In this document: in pieces, positions 25,801 to 43,800 of the stretch
Position numbering within the stretch: position 1 is the first letter of the stretch
Layout of the letters: each line of letters opens with the position of its first letter
DNA from: Eledone cirrhosa
Taxonomy: Eukaryota
NCBI GenBank assembly: GCA_964016885.1
Contig: OZ024743.1
Location: 247,938,001-248,002,000 of the forward strand
DNA length: 64,000 bases
Direction of reading: 5' to 3'
Notes under the pieces: model-generated
What the model was told of the DNA's origin: nothing
The model's input: the letters and a program-made list of their open reading frames with translations, nothing else
The model's database searches: none
Program-made: the position numbers and the translations under genes

Positions 25801-28800
25801 CAACTAATATAGAGACAAGCCACTGTCACATAGAAACCACACACAACTAATGTAGAGACAAGCAACTGTCACATAGACAAACACAACTAATGTAGAGACA
25901 AGCCACTGTCACATAGACACACACAACTAATGTAGAGACAAGCCACTGTCACATAGACACCACACACAACTAATGTAGAGACAAGCCACTTTCACATAGA
26001 CACACACAACTAATGTAGAGACAATCCACTGTCACATAGACACCACACAACTAATGTAGAGACAAGCCACTGTCACATAGACACCACACAACTAATGTAG
26101 AGACAAGCCACTGTCACATAGACACACACCACTAATATAGAGACAAGCCACTGTCACATAGACACCACACACAGCTAATGTAGAGACAAGCCAGTCACAT
26201 GGACACCACACACAACTAATGTAGAGACAAGCCACTGTCACATAGACACACACAACTAATGTAGAGACAAGCCACTGTCACATAGACACCACACACAACT
26301 AATATAGAGAGAAGCCACTGTCACATAGACACCACACACAACTAATATAGAGACAAGCCACTGTCACATAGACACCACACACAACTAATGTAGAGACAAG
26401 CCACTGTCACATAGACACATACAACTAATGTAGAGACAAGCCACTGTCACATAGACACCACACACAACTAATGTAGAGACAAGCCACTTTCACATAGACA
26501 CACACAACTAAAATAGAGACAAGCCACTGTCACATAGACACCACACACAACTAATGTAGAGACAAACCACTGTCACATAGACACCAGACAACTAATGTAG
26601 AGACAAGCCACTGTCACATTGACACCTGACAACTAATGTAGAGACAAGCCACTATTACATAGACACACACAACTAATGTAGAGACAAGCGACTGTCACAT
26701 AGACACACACAACTAATGTAGAGACAAGCCACTGTCATATAGACACCACACAACTAATGTAGAGATAAGCCACTGTCACATAGACACCAGACAACTAATG
26801 TAGAGACAAGCCACTGTCATATAGACACCACACAACTAATGTAGAGACAAGCCACTGTCACATAGACATACACAACTAATGTAGAGACAAGCCACTGTCA
26901 TATAGACACCACACAACTAATGTAGAGATAAGCCACTGTCACATAGACACCAGACAACTAATGTAGAGACAAGCCACTGTCACATAGACACCACACAACT
27001 AATGTAGAGACAAGCCACTGTCACATAGACACCACACCAACTAATGTAGAGACAAGCCACTGTCACATAGACACCACATAACTAATGTAGAGACAATCCA
27101 CTGTCACATAGACACCAACAACTAATGTAGAGACAAGCCACTGTCACATAAACACACACACAACTAATGTAGAGACAAGCCACTGTCATATAGACACACA
27201 CACAACTAATGTAGAGACAAGCCACTGTCACATAGACACCACACACAACTAATGTAGAGACAAGCCACTGTCACATAGACACACAGAACTAATGTAGAGA
27301 CAAGCCACTGTCACATAGACACCACACACAACTAATGTAGAGACAAGCCACTGTCACATAGACACCACACAACTAATGTAGAGACAAGCCACTGTCACAT
27401 TGACACCTGACAACTAATGTAGAGACAAGCCACTGTTACATAGACACACACAACTAATGTAGAGACAAGCCACTGTCACATAGACACACACAACTAATGT
27501 AGAGACAAGCCACTGTCATATAGACACCACACAACTAATGTAGAGATAAGCCACTGTCACATAGACACCAGACAACTAATGTAGAGACAAGCCACTGTCA
27601 TATAGACACCACACAACTAATGTAGAGACAAGTCACTGTCACATAGACATACACAACTAATGTAGAGACAAGTCACTGTCATATAGACACCACACAACTA
27701 ATGTAGAGATAAGCCACTGTCACATAGACACCAGACAACTAATGTAGAGACAAGCCACTGTCACATAGACACACACAACTAATGTAGAGACAAGCCACTG
27801 TCACATAGACACCACACACAACTAATGTAGCGACAAGTCACTGTTACATAGACACACACAACTAATGTAGAGACAAGCCACTGTCACATAGACACACACA
27901 CAACTAATGTAGAGACAAGCCACTGTCACATAGACACCACACAACTAATGTAGAGATAAGCCACTCTCACAAAGACACCAGACAACTAATGTAGAGACAA
28001 GCCACTGTCATATAGACACCACACAACTAATGTAGAGACAAGCCACTGTCACATAGACATACACAACTAATGTAGAGACAAGCCACTGTCATATAGACAC
28101 CACACAACTAATGTAGAGATAAGCCACTGTCACATAGACACCAGACAACTAATGTAGAGACAAGCCACTGTCACATAGACACACACAACTAATGTAGAGA
28201 CAAGCCACTGTCACATAGACACCACACACAACTAATGTAGCGACAAGCCACTGTTACATAGACACACACAACTAATGTAGAGACAAGCCACTGTCACATA
28301 GACACACACACAACTAATGTAGAGACAAGCCACTGTCACATAGACACCACACAACTAATGTAGAGAAAAGCCACTGTCACATAGACACCACACAACTAAT
28401 GTAGAGACAAGCCACTGTCACATTGACACCACACAACTAATGTAGAGACAGGCCACTGTCACATAGACACCACACCAACTAATGTAGAGACAAGCCACTG
28501 TCACATTGACACTACACAACTAATGTAGAGACAAGCCACTGTCACATAGACACCACACAACTAATGTAGAGACAATCCACTGTCACATACACACCAGGCA
28601 ACTAATGTAGAGACAAGCCACTGTCACATAGACACCACACAACTAATGTAGAGACAAGCCACTGTCACATAGACACACACAACTAGTGTAGAGACAAGCC
28701 ACTGTCACATAGACACACACAACTAGTGTAGAGACAAGCCACTGTCACATAGACACAGAGCTAATATAGAGATAAGCCACTGTCACATAGACACCACACA

Positions 28801-31800
28801 CAACTAATGTGGAGACAAGCCACTGTCACATAGACACCATACAAAACTAATGTAGAGTGAAGCCACTGTCACATAGACACTAACAACTAATGTAGAGACA
28901 AGCCCCTGTCACATAGACACACACACAACTAATGTAGAGACAAGCCACTGTCACATAGACACACGCACAACTAATGTAGAGACAAGCCACTGTCACATAG
29001 ACACACACAACTAATGTAGAGACAAGCCACTGTCATATAGACACCACACAACTAATGTAGAGATAAGCCACTGTCACATAGACACCAGACAACTAATGTA
29101 GAGACAAGCCACTGTCACATAGACACACACAACTAATGTAGAGACAAGCCACTGTCACATAGACACCACACACAACTAATGTAGCGACAAGCCACTGTTA
29201 CATAGACACACACAACTAATGTAGAGACAAGCCACTGTCACATAGACACACACACAACTAATGTAGAGACAAGCCACTGTCACATAGACACCACACAACT
29301 AATGTAGAGAAAAGCCACTGTCACATAGACACCACACAACTAATGTAGAGACAAGCCACTGTCACATTGACACCACACAACTAATGTAGAGACAAGCCAC
29401 TGTCACATAGACACCACACCAACTAATGTAGAGACAAGCCACTGTCACATTGACACTACACAACTAATGTAGAGACAAGCCACTGTCACATAGACACCAC
29501 ACAACTAATGTAGAGACAATCCACTGTCACATACACACCAGGCAACTAATGTAGAGACAAGCCACTGTCACATAGACACCACACAACTAATGTAGAGACA
29601 AGCCACTGTCACATAGACACACACAACTAGTGTAGAGACAAGCCACTGTCACATAGACACACACAACTAGTGTAGAGACAAGCCACTGTCACATAGACAC
29701 AGAGCTAATATAGAGATAAGCCACTGTCACATAGACACCACACACAACTAATGTGGAGACAAGCCACTGTCACATAGACACCATACAAAACTAATGTAGA
29801 GTGAAGCCACTGTCACATAGACACTAACAACTAATGTAGAGACAAGCCCCTGTCACATAGACACACACACAACTAATGTAGAGACAAGCCACTGTCACAT
29901 AGACACACGCACAACTAATGTAGAGACAAGCCACTGTCACATAGACACACACAACTAGTGTAGAGACAAGCCACTGTCACATAGACACCACACAACTAAT
30001 ATAGAGACAAGCCACTGTCACATAGACATACACAACTAATGTAGAGACAAGCCACTGTCATATAGACACCACACAACTAATGTAGAGATAAGCCACTGTC
30101 ACATAGACACCAGACAACTAATGTAGAGACAAGCCACTGTCACATAGACACATACAACTAATGTAGAGTCAAGCCACTGTCACATAGACACCACACAACT
30201 AATGTAGAGACAAGCCACTGTCACATAGACACCACACCAACTAATGTAGAGACAAGCCACTGTCACATAGACACACACAACTAATATAGAGACAAGCCAC
30301 TGTCACATAGACACCACACACCTAATGTAGAGACAAGCCACTGTCACATAGACACCACACACAACTAATGTAGAGACAAGCCACTGTCACATAGACACCA
30401 ACAACTAATGTAGAGACAAGCCACTGTCACATAGACACACACACAACTAATGTAGAGACAAGCCACTGTCACATAGACACACACACAACTAATGTAGAGA
30501 CAAGCCACTGTCACATAGACACCACACACAACTAATGTAGAGACAAGCCACTGTCACATAGACACACACAACTAGTGTAGAGACAAGCCACTGTCACATA
30601 GACACACACACAACTAATGTAGAGACAAGCCACTGTCACATAGACACACACAACTAATGTAGAGACAAGCCACTGTCACATAGACACCACACACAACTAA
30701 TGTAGAGACAAGCCATTGTCACATAGACATCACACGCAACTAATGTAGAGACAAGCCAGTCACATGGACACCACACACAACTAATGTAGAGACAAGCCAC
30801 TGTCACATAGACACAGACAACTAATGTAGAGACAAGCCACTGTCACATAGACACCACACACAACTAATATAGAGACAAGCCACTGTCACATAGACACCAC
30901 ACACAACTAATATAGAGGCAAGCCACTGTCACATAGAAACCACACACAACTAATGTAGAGACAAGCAACTGTCACATAGACAAACACAACTAATGTAGAG
31001 ACAAGCCACTGTCACATAGACACACACAACTAATGTAGAGACAAGCCACTGTCACATAGACACCACACACAACTAATGTAGAGACAAGCCACTTTCACAT
31101 AGACACACACAACTAATGTAGAGACAATCCACTGTCACATAGACACCACACAACTAATGTAGAGACAAGCCACTGTCACATAGACACCACACAACTAATG
31201 TAGAGACAAGCCACTGTCACATAGACACACACCACTAATATAGAGACAAGCCACTGTCACATAGACACCACACACAGCTAATGTAGAGACAAGCCAGTCA
31301 CATGGACACCACACACAACTAATGTAGAGACAAGCCACTGTCACATAGACACACACAACTAATGTAGAGACAAGCCACTGTCACATAGACACCACACACA
31401 ACTAATATAGAGAGAAGCCACTGTCACATAGACACCACACACAACTAATATAGAGACAAGCCACTGTCACATAGACACCACACACAACTAATGTAGAGAC
31501 AAGCCAATGTCACATAGACACATACAACTAATGTAGAGACAAGCCACTGTCACATAGACACCACACACAACTAATGTAGAGACAAGCCACTTTCACATAG
31601 ACACACACAACTAAAATAGAGACAAGCCACTGTCACATAGACACCACACACAACTAATGTAGAGACAAACCACTGTCACATAGACACCAGACAACTAATG
31701 TAGAGACAAGCCACTGTCACATTGACACCTGACAACTAATGTAGAGACAAGCCACTATTACATAGACACACACAACTAATGTAGAGACAAGCGACTGTCA

Positions 31801-34800
31801 CATAGACACACACAACTAATGTAGAGACAAGCCACTGTCATATAGACACCACACAACTAATGTAGAGATAAGCCACTGTCACATAGACACCAGACAACTA
31901 ATGTAGAGACAAGCCACTGTCATATAGACACCACACAACTAATGTAGAGACAAGCCACTGTCACATAGACATACACAACTAATGTAGAGACAAGCCACTG
32001 TCATATAGACACCACACAACTAATGTAGAGATAAGCCACTGTCACATAGACACCAGACAACTAATGTAGAGACAAGCCACTGTCACATAGACACCACACA
32101 ACTAATGTAGAGACAAGCCACTGTCACATAGACACCACACCAACTAATGTAGAGACAAGCCACTGTCACATAGACACCACATAACTAATGTAGAGACAAT
32201 CCACTGTCACATAGACACCAACAACTAATGTAGAGACAAGCCACTGTCACATAAACACACACACAACTAATGTAGAGACAAGCCACTGTCATATAGACAC
32301 ACACACAACTAATGTAGAGACAAGCCACTGTCACATAGACACCACACACAACTAATGTAGAGACAAGCCACTGTCACATAGACACACACAACTAGTGTAG
32401 AGACAAGCCACTGTCACATAGACACACACACAACTAATGTAGAGACAAGCCACTGTCACATAGACACCATACACAACTAATGTAGAGACAAGCCAGTCAC
32501 ATGGATACCACACACAACTAATGTAGAGACAAGCCACTGTCACATAGACACACAGAACTAATGAAGAGACAAGCCACTGTCACATAGACACCACACACAA
32601 CTAATATAGAGACAAGCCACTGTCACATAGAAACCACACAACTAATGTAGAGATAGGCCACTGTCACATAGACACACAAACAACTAATGTAGAGACAAGC
32701 CACTGTCACATAGACACCACACACAACTAATGTAGAGACAAGCCACTGTCACATAGACACCACACACAACTAATGTAGAGATAAGCCACTGTCACATAGA
32801 CAGACACACAACTAGTGTAGAGACAAGCCACTGTCACATAGACACACAGAACTAATATAGAGATAAGCCACTGTCACAGACACCACACACAACTAATGTG
32901 GAGACAAGCCACTGTCACATAGACACCTCACACAACTAGTGTAGAGACAAGCCACTGTCACATAGACACCAACAACTAATATAGAGACAAGCCACTGTCA
33001 CATAGACACCAACAACTAATGTAGAGACAAGCCACTGTCACATAGACACACACAACTAATATAGAGACAAGCCACTGTCACATAGACACCACACACAACT
33101 AATATAGAGACAAGCCACTGTCACATAGACACCACACACAACTAATGTGGAGACAAGCCACTGTCACATAGACACCACACACAACTAATGTAGAGACAAG
33201 CCACTGTCACATAGACACACACACAACTAATGTAGAGAGAAGCCACTGTCACATAGACACACACAACTAGTGTAGAGACAAGCCACTGTCACATAGACAC
33301 ACACACAACTAATGTAGAGACAAGCCACTGTCACATAGACACACACAACTAGTGTAGAGACAAGCCACTGTCACATAGACACACAGAGCTAATATAGAGA
33401 TAAGCCACTGTCACATAGACACCACACACAACTAATGTGGAGACAAGCCACTGTCACATAGACACCATACAAAACTAATGTAGAGTGAAGCCACTGTCAC
33501 ATAGACACTAACAACTAATGTAGAGACAAGCCCCTGTCACATAGACACACACACAACTAATGTAGAGACAAGCCACTGTCACATAGACACACACACAACT
33601 AATGTAGAGACAAGCCACTGTCACATAGACACACAGAACTAATGTAGAGACAAGCCACTGTTACATAGACACACACAACTAATGTAGAGACAAGCCACTG
33701 TCACATAGACACACACAACTAATGTAGAGACAAGCCACTGTCATATAGACACCACACAACTAATGTAGAGATAAGCCACTGTCACATAGACACCAGACAA
33801 CTAATGTAGAGACAAGCCAATGTCATATAGACACCACACATCTAATGTAGAGACAAGCCACTGTCACATAGACATACACAACTAATGTAGAGACAAGCCA
33901 CTGTCACATAGACACACACAACTAATGTAGAGACAAGCCACTGTCACATAGACACCACACACAACTAATATAGAGAGAAGCCACTGTCACATAGACACCA
34001 CACACAACTAATATAGAGACAAACCACTGTCACATAGACACCACACACAACTAATGTAGAGACAAGCCACTGTCACATAGACACACAGAACTAATGTAGA
34101 GACAAGCCACTGTCACATAGACACCACACACAACTAATGTAGAGACAGGCCACTGTCACATAGACACCACACAACTAATGTAGAGACAAGCCACTGTCAC
34201 ATTGACACCTGACAACTAATGTAGAGACAAGCCACTGTTACATAGACACACTCAACTAATGTAGAGACAAGCCACTGTCACATAGACATACACAACTAAT
34301 GTAGAGACAAGCCACTGTCATATAGACACCACACAACTAATGTAGTGATAAGCCACTGTCACATAGACACCAGACAACTAATGTAGCGACAAGCCACTGT
34401 TACATAGACACACACAACTAATGTAGAGACAAGCCACTGTCACATAGACACACACACACAACTACTGTAGAGACAAGCCACTGTCACATAGACACCACAC
34501 ACAACTAATGTAGAGACAAGCCACTGTCACATAGACACACAACTAATATAGAGACAAGCCACTGTCACATAGACACCACACACAACTAATGTGGAGACAA
34601 GCCACTGTCACATAGACACCACACACAACTAATGTAGAGACAAGCCACTGTCACATAGACACACACACAACTAATGTAGAGAGAAGCCACTGTCACATAG
34701 ACACACACAACTAGTGTAGAGACAAGCCACTGTCACATAGACACACACACAACTAATGTAGAGACAAGCCACTGTCACATAGACACACACAACTAGTGTA

Positions 34801-37800
34801 GAGACAAGCCACTGTCACATAGACACAGAGCTAATATAGAGATAAGCCACTGTCACATAGACACCACACACAACTAATGTGGAGACAAGCCACTGTCACA
34901 TAGACACCATACAAAACTAATGTAGAGTGAAGCCACTGTCACATAGACACTAACAACTAATGTAGAGACAAGCCCCTGTCACATAGACACACACACAACT
35001 AATGTAGAGACAAGCCACTGTCACATAGACACACGCACAACTAATGTAGAGACAAGCCACTGTCACATAGACACACACAACTAGTGTAGAGACAAGCCAC
35101 TGTCACATAGACACACACACAACTAATGTAGAGACAAGACACTGTCACATAGACACACGCAACTAATGTAGACAAAAGCCACTGTCACATAGACACCACA
35201 CACAACTAATGTAGAGACAAGCCAGTCACATGGACACCACACACAACTAATGTAGAGACAGGCCACCGTCACATAGACACACACAACTAATGTAGAGACA
35301 ATCCACTGTCACATAGACACCATACACAACTAATGTAGAGACAAGCCACTGTCACATAGACACACATAACTAGTGTAGAGACAAGCCACTGTCACATAGA
35401 CACACACACAACTAATGTAGAGACAAGCCACTGTCACATAGACACCACACACAACTAATATAGAGAGAAGCCACTGTCACATAGACACAACACACAACTA
35501 ATATAGAGACAAGCCACTGTCACATAGACACCACACACAACTAATGTAGAGACAAGCCACTGTCACATAGACACACAGAACTAATGTAGAGACAAGCCAC
35601 TGTCATATAGACACCACACAACTAATGTAGAGATAAGCCACTGTCACATAGACACCAGACAACTAATGTAGAGACAAGCCACTGTCATATAGACACCACA
35701 CAACTAATGTAGAGACAAGCCACTGTCACATAGACATACACAACTAATGTAGAGACAAGCCACTGTCATATAGACACCACACAACTAATGTAGAGATAAG
35801 CCACTGTCACATAGACACCAGACAACTAATGTAGAGACAAGCCACTGTCACATAGACACACACAACTAATGTAGAGACAAGCCACTGTCACATAGACACC
35901 ACACACAACTAATATAGAGAGAAGCCACTGTCACATAGACACCACACACAACTAATATAGAGAGAAGCCACTGTCACATAGACACCACACACAACTAATG
36001 TAGAGACAAGCCACTGTCACATAGACACCACACACAACTAATATAGAGAGAAGCCACTGTCACATAGACACCACACACAACTAATATAGAGACAAGCCAC
36101 TGTCACATAGACACCACACACAACTAATATAGAGAAAAGCCACTGTCACATAGACACCACACCAACTAATGTAGAGACAAGCCACTGTCACATTGACACT
36201 ACACAACTAATGTAGAGACAAGCCACTGTCACATAGACACCACACAACTAATGTAGAGACAATCCACTGTCACATACACACCAGACATCTAATGTAGAGA
36301 CAAGCCACTGTCACATAGACACCACACAACTAATGTAGAGACAAGCCACTGTCACATAGACACACACAACTAATATAGAGACAAGCCACTGTCACATAGA
36401 CACCACACAACTAATATAGAGACAAGCCACTGTCACATAGACATACACAACTAATGTAGAGACAAGCCACTGTCATAAAGACACCACACAACTAATGTAG
36501 AGATAAGCCACTGTCACATAGACACCAGACAACTAATGTAGAGACAAGCCACTGTCACATAGACACATACAACTAATGTAGAGTCAAGCCACTGTCACAT
36601 AGACACCACACAACTAATGTAGAGACAAGCCACTGTCACATAGACACCACACACAACTAATGTAGAGACAAGCCACTGTCACATAGACACACAGAACTAA
36701 TGTAGAGACAAGCCACTGTCACATAGACACCACACACAACTAATGTAGAGACAAGCCACTGTCACATAGACACCACACAACTAATGTAGAGACAAGCCAC
36801 TGTCACATTGACACCTGACAACTAATGTAGAGACAAGCCACTGTTACATAGACACACACAACTAATGTAGAGACAAGCCACTGTCACATAGACACACACA
36901 ACTAATGTAGAGACAAGCCACTGTCATATAGACACCACACAACTAATGTAGAGATAAGCCACTGTCACATAGACACCAGACAACTAATGTAGAGACAAGC
37001 CACTGTCATATAGACACCACACAACTAATGTAGAGACAAGTCACTGTCACATAGACATACACAACTAATGTAGAGACAAGTCACTGTCATATAGACACCA
37101 CACAACTAATGTAGAGATAAGCCACTGTCACATAGACACCAGACAACTAATGTAGAGACAAGGCACTGTCACATAGACACACACAACTAATGTAGAGACA
37201 AGCCACTGTCACATAGACACCACACACAACTAATGTAGCGACAAGTCACTGTTACATAGACACACACAACTAATGTAGAGACAAGCCACTGTCACATAGA
37301 CACACACACAACTAATGTAGAGACAAGCCACTGTCACATAGACACCACACAACTAATGTAGAGATAAGCCACTCTCACAAAGACACCAGACAACTAATGT
37401 AGAGACAAGCCACTGTCATATAGACACCACACAACTAATGTAGAGACAAGCCACTGTCACATAGACATACACAACTAATGTAGAGACAAGCCACTGTCAT
37501 ATAGACACCACACAACTAATGTAGAGATAAGCCACTGTCACATAGACACCACACAACTAATGTAGAGACAAGCCACTGTCACATAGACACACACAACTAA
37601 TGTAGAGACAAGCCACTGTCACATAGACACCACACACAACTAATGTAGCGACAAGCCACTGTTACATAGACACACACAACTAATGTAGAGACAAGCCACT
37701 GTCACATAGACACACACACAACTAATGTAGAGACAAGCCACTGTCACATAGACACCACACAACTAATGTAGAGAAAAGCCACTGTCACATAGACACCACA

Positions 37801-40800
37801 CAACTAATGTAGAGACAAGCCACTGTCACATTGACACCACACAACTAATGTAGAGACAAGCCACTGTCACATAGACACCACACCAACTAATGTAGAGACA
37901 AGCCACTGTCACATTGACACTACACAACTAATGTAGAGACAAGCCACTGTCACATAGACACCACACAACTAATGTAGAGACAATCGACTGTCACATACAC
38001 ACCAGGCAACTAATGTAGAGACAAGCCACTGTCACATAGACCCCACACAACTAATGTAGAGACAAGCCACTGTCACATAGACACCACACACAACTAATGT
38101 GGAGACAAGCCACTGTCACATAGACACCATACAAAACTAATGTAGAGTGAAGCCACTGTCACATAGACACTAACAACTAATGTAGAGACAAGCCCCTGTC
38201 ACATAGACACACACACAACTAATGTAGAGACAAGCCACTGTCACATAGACACACGCACAACTAATGTAGAGACAAGCCACTGTCACATAGACACACACAA
38301 CTAGTGTAGAGACAAGCCACTGTCATATAGACACCACACAACTAATATAGAGACAAGCCACTGTCACATAGACATACACAACTAATGTAGAGACAAGCCA
38401 CTGTCATATAGACACCACACAACTAATGTAGAGATAAGCCACTGTCACATAGACACCAGACAACTAATGTAGAGACAAGCCACTGTCACATAGACACATA
38501 CAACTAATGTAGAGTCAAGCCACTGTCACATAGACACCACACAACTAATGTAGAGACAAGCCACTGTCACATAGACACCACACCAACTAATGTAGAGACA
38601 AGCCACTGTCACATAGACACACACAACTAATGTAGAGACAAGCCACTGTCACATAGACACCACACAACTAATGTAGAGACAAGCCACTGTCACATAGACA
38701 CCACACACCTAATGTAGAGACAAGCCACTGTCACATAGACACCACACACAACTAATGTAGAGACAAGCCACTGTCACATAGACACCAACAACTAATGTAG
38801 AGACAAGCCACTGTCACATAGACACACACACAACTAATGTAGAGACAAGCCACTGTCACATAGACACACACACAACTAATGTAGAGACAAGCCACTGTCA
38901 CATAGACACCACACACAACTAATGTAGAGACAAGCCACTGTCACATAGACACACACAACTAGTGTAGAGACAAGCCACTGTCACATAGACACACACACAA
39001 CTAATGTAGAGACAAGCCACTGTCACATAGACACACACAACTAATGTAGAGACAAGCCACTGTCACATAGACACCACACACAACTAATGTAGAGACAAGC
39101 CATTGTCACATAGACATCACACGCAACTAATGTAGAGACAAGCCAGTCACATGGACACCACACACAACTAATGTAGAGACAAGCCACTGTCACATAGACA
39201 CAGACAACTAATGTAGAGACAAGCCACTGTCACATAGACACCACACACAACTAATATAGAGACAAGCCACTGTCACATAGACACCACACACAACTAATAT
39301 AGAGACAAGCCACTGTCACATAGAAACCACACACAACTAATGTAGAGACAAGCAACTGTCACATAGACAAACACAACTAATGTAGAGACAAGCCACTGTC
39401 ACATAGACACACACAACTAATGTAGAGACAAGCCACTGTCACATAGACACCACACACAACTAATGTAGAGACAAGCCACTTTCACATAGACACACACAAC
39501 TAATGTAGAGACAATCCACTGTCACATAGACACCACACAACTAATGTAGAGACAAGCCACTGTCACATAGACACCACACAACTAATGTAGAGACAAGCCA
39601 CTGTCACATAGACACACACCACTAATATAGAGACAAGCCACTGTCACATAGACACCACACACAGCTAATGTAGAGACAAGCCAGTCACATGGACACCACA
39701 CACAACTAATGTAGAGACAAGCCACTGTCACATAGACACACACAACTAATGTAGAGACAAGCCACTGTCACATAGACACCACACACAACTAATATAGAGA
39801 GAAGCCACTGTCACATAGACACCACACACAACTAATATAGAGACAAGCCACTGTCACATAGACACCACACACAACTAATGTAGAGACAAGCCACTGTCAC
39901 ATAGACACATACAACTAATGTAGAGACAAGCCACTGTCACATAGACACCACACACAACTAATGTAGAGACAAGCCACTTTCACATAGACACACACAACTA
40001 AAATAGAGACAAGCCACTGTCACATAGACACCACACACAACTAATGTAGAGACAAACCACTGTCACATAGACACCAGACAACTAATGTAGAGACAAGCCA
40101 CTGTCACATTGACACCTGACAACTAATGTAGAGACAAGCCACTATTACATAGACACACACAACTAATGTAGAGACAAGCGACTGTCACATAGACACACAC
40201 AACTAATGTAGAGACAAGCCACTGTCATATAGACACCACACAACTAATGTAGAGATACGCCACTGTCACATAGACACCAGACAACTAATGTAGAGACAAG
40301 CCACTGTCATATAGACACCACACAACTAATGTAGAGACAAGCCACTGTCACATAGACATACACAACTAATGTAGAGACAAGCCACTGTCATATAGACACC
40401 ACACAACTAATGTAGAGATAAGCCACTGTCACATAGACACCAGACAACTAATGTAGAGACAAGCCACTGTCACATAGACACCACACAACTAATGTAGAGA
40501 CAAGCCACTGTCACATAGACACCACACCAACTAATGTAGAGACAAGCCACTGTCACATAGACACCACATAACTAATGTAGAGACAATCCACTGTCACATA
40601 GACACCAACAACTAATGTAGAGACAAGCCACTGTCACATAAACACACACACAACTAATGTAGAGACAAGCCACTGTCATATAGACACACACACAACTAAT
40701 GTAGAGACAAGCCACTGTCACATAGACACCACACACAACTAATGTAGAGACAAGCCACTGTCACATAGACACACAGAACTAATGTAGAGACAAGCCACTG

Positions 40801-43800
40801 TCACATAGACACCACACACAACTAATGTAGAGACAAGCCACTGTCACATAGACACCACACAACTAATGTAGAGACAAGCCACTGTCACATTGACACCTGA
40901 CAACTAATGTAGAGACAAGCCACTGTTACATAGACACACACAACTAATGTAGAGACAAGCCACTGTCACATAGACACACACAACTAATGTAGAGACAAGC
41001 CACTGTCATATAGACACCACACAACTAATGTAGAGATAAGCCACTGTCACATAGACACCAGACAACTAATGTAGAGACAAGCCACTGTCATATAGACACC
41101 ACACAACTAATGTAGAGACAAGTCACTGTCACATAGACATACACAACTAATGTAGAGACAAGTCACTGTCATATAGACACCACACAACTAATGTAGAGAT
41201 AAGCCACTGTCACATAGACACCAGACAACTAATGTAGAGACAAGCCACTGTCACATAGACACACACAACTAATGTAGAGACAAGCCACTGTCACATAGAC
41301 ACCACACACAACTAATGTAGCGACAAGTCACTGTTACATAGACACACACAACTAATGTAGAGACAAGCCACTGTCACATAGACACACACACAACTAATGT
41401 AGAGACAAGCCACTGTCACATAGACACCACACAACTAATGTAGAGATAAGCCACTCTCACAAAGACACCAGACAACTAATGTAGAGACAAGCCACTGTCA
41501 TATAGACACCACACAACTAATGTAGAGACAAGCCACTGTCACATAGACATACACAACTAATGTAGAGACAAGCCACTGTCATATAGACACCACACAACTA
41601 ATGTAGAGATAAGCCACTGTCACATAGACACCAGACAACTAATGTAGAGACAAGCCACTGTCACATAGACACACACAACTAATGTAGAGACAAGCCACTG
41701 TCACATAGACACCACACACAACTAATGTAGCGACAAGCCACTGTTACATAGACACACACAACTAATGTAGAGACAAGCCACTGTCACATAGACACACACA
41801 CAACTAATGTAGAGACAAGCCACTGTCACATAGACACCACACAACTAATGTAGAGGAAAGCCACTGTCACATAGACACCACACAACTAATGTAGAGACAA
41901 GCCACTGTCACATTGACACCACACAACTAATGTAGAGACAAGCCACTGTCACATAGACACCACACCAACTAATGTAGAGACAAGCCACTGTCACATTGAC
42001 ACTACACAACTAATGTAGAGACAAGCCACTGTCACATAGACACCACACAACTAATGTAGAGACAATCCACTGTCACATACACACCAGGCAACTAATGTAG
42101 AGACAAGCCACTGTCACATAGACACCACACAACTAATGTAGAGACAAGCCACTGTCACATAGACACACACAACTAGTGTAGAGACAAGCCACTGTCACAT
42201 AGACACACACAACTAGTGTAGAGACAAGCCACTGTCACATAGACACAGAGCTAATATAGAGATAAGCCACTGTCACATAGACACCACACACAACTAATGT
42301 GGAGACAAGCCACTGTCACATAGACACCATACAAAACTAATGTAGAGTGAAGCCACTGTCACATAGACACTAACAACTAATGTAGAGACAAGCCCCTGTC
42401 ACATAGACACACACACAACTAATGTAGAGACAAGCCACTGTCACATAGACACACGCACAACTAATGTAGAGACAAGCCACTGTCACATAGACACACACAA
42501 CTAATGTAGAGACAAGCCACTGTCATATAGACACCACACAACTAATGTAGAGATAAGCCACTGTCACATAGACACCAGACAACTAATGTAGAGACAAGCC
42601 ACTGTCACATAGACACACACAACTAATGTAGAGACAAGCCACTGTCACATAGACACCACACACAACTAATGTAGCGACAAGCCACTGTTACATAGACACA
42701 CACAACTAATGTAGAGACAAGCCACTGTCACATAGACACACACACAACTAATGTAGAGACAAGCCACTGTCACATAGACACCACACAACTAATGTAGAGA
42801 AAAGCCACTGTCACATAGACACCACACAACTAATGTAGAGACAAGCCACTGTCACATTGACACCACACAACTAATGTAGAGACAAGCCACTGTCACATAG
42901 ACACCACACCAACTAATGTAGAGACAAGCCACTGTCACATTGACACTACACAACTAATGTAGAGACAAGCCACTGTCACATAGACACCACACAACTAATG
43001 TAGAGACAATCCACTGTCACATACACACCAGGCAACTAATGTAGAGACAAGCCACTGTCACATAGACACCACACAACTAATGTAGAGACAAGCCACTGTC
43101 ACATAGACACACACAACTAGTGTAGAGACAAGCCACTGTCACATAGACACACACAACTAGTGTAGAGACAAGCCACTGTCACATAGACACAGAGCTAATA
43201 TAGAGATAAGCCACTGTCACATAGACACCACACACAACTAATGTGGAGACAAGCCACTGTCACATAGACACCATACAAAACTAATGTAGAGTGAAGCCAC
43301 TGTCACATAGACACTAACAACTAATGTAGAGACAAGCCCCTGTCACATAGACACACACACAACTAATGTAGAGACAAGCCACTGTCACATAGACACACGC
43401 ACAACTAATGTAGAGACAAGCCACTGTCACATAGACACACACAACTAGTGTAGAGACAAGCCACTGTCACATAGACACCACACAACTAATATAGAGACAA
43501 GCCACTGTCACATAGACATACACAACTAATGTAGAGACAAGCCACTGTCATATAGACACCACACAACTAATGTAGAGATAAGCCACTGTCACATAGACAC
43601 CAGACAACTAATGTAGAGACAAGCCACTGTCACATAGACACATACAACTAATGTAGAGTCAAGCCACTGTCACATAGACACCACACAACTAATGTAGAGA
43701 CAAGCCACTGTCACATAGACACCACACCAACTAATGTAGAGACAAGCCACTGTCACATAGACACACACAACTAATATAGAGACAAGCCACTGTCACATAG

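Noticed and set aside
32352-32543. Cys-rich [13 protein letters not shown] (identical at 45883-46074)
   Set aside because: Chance frame through the satellite; unit lengths do not preserve frame; identity reflects the 13.5 kb duplication
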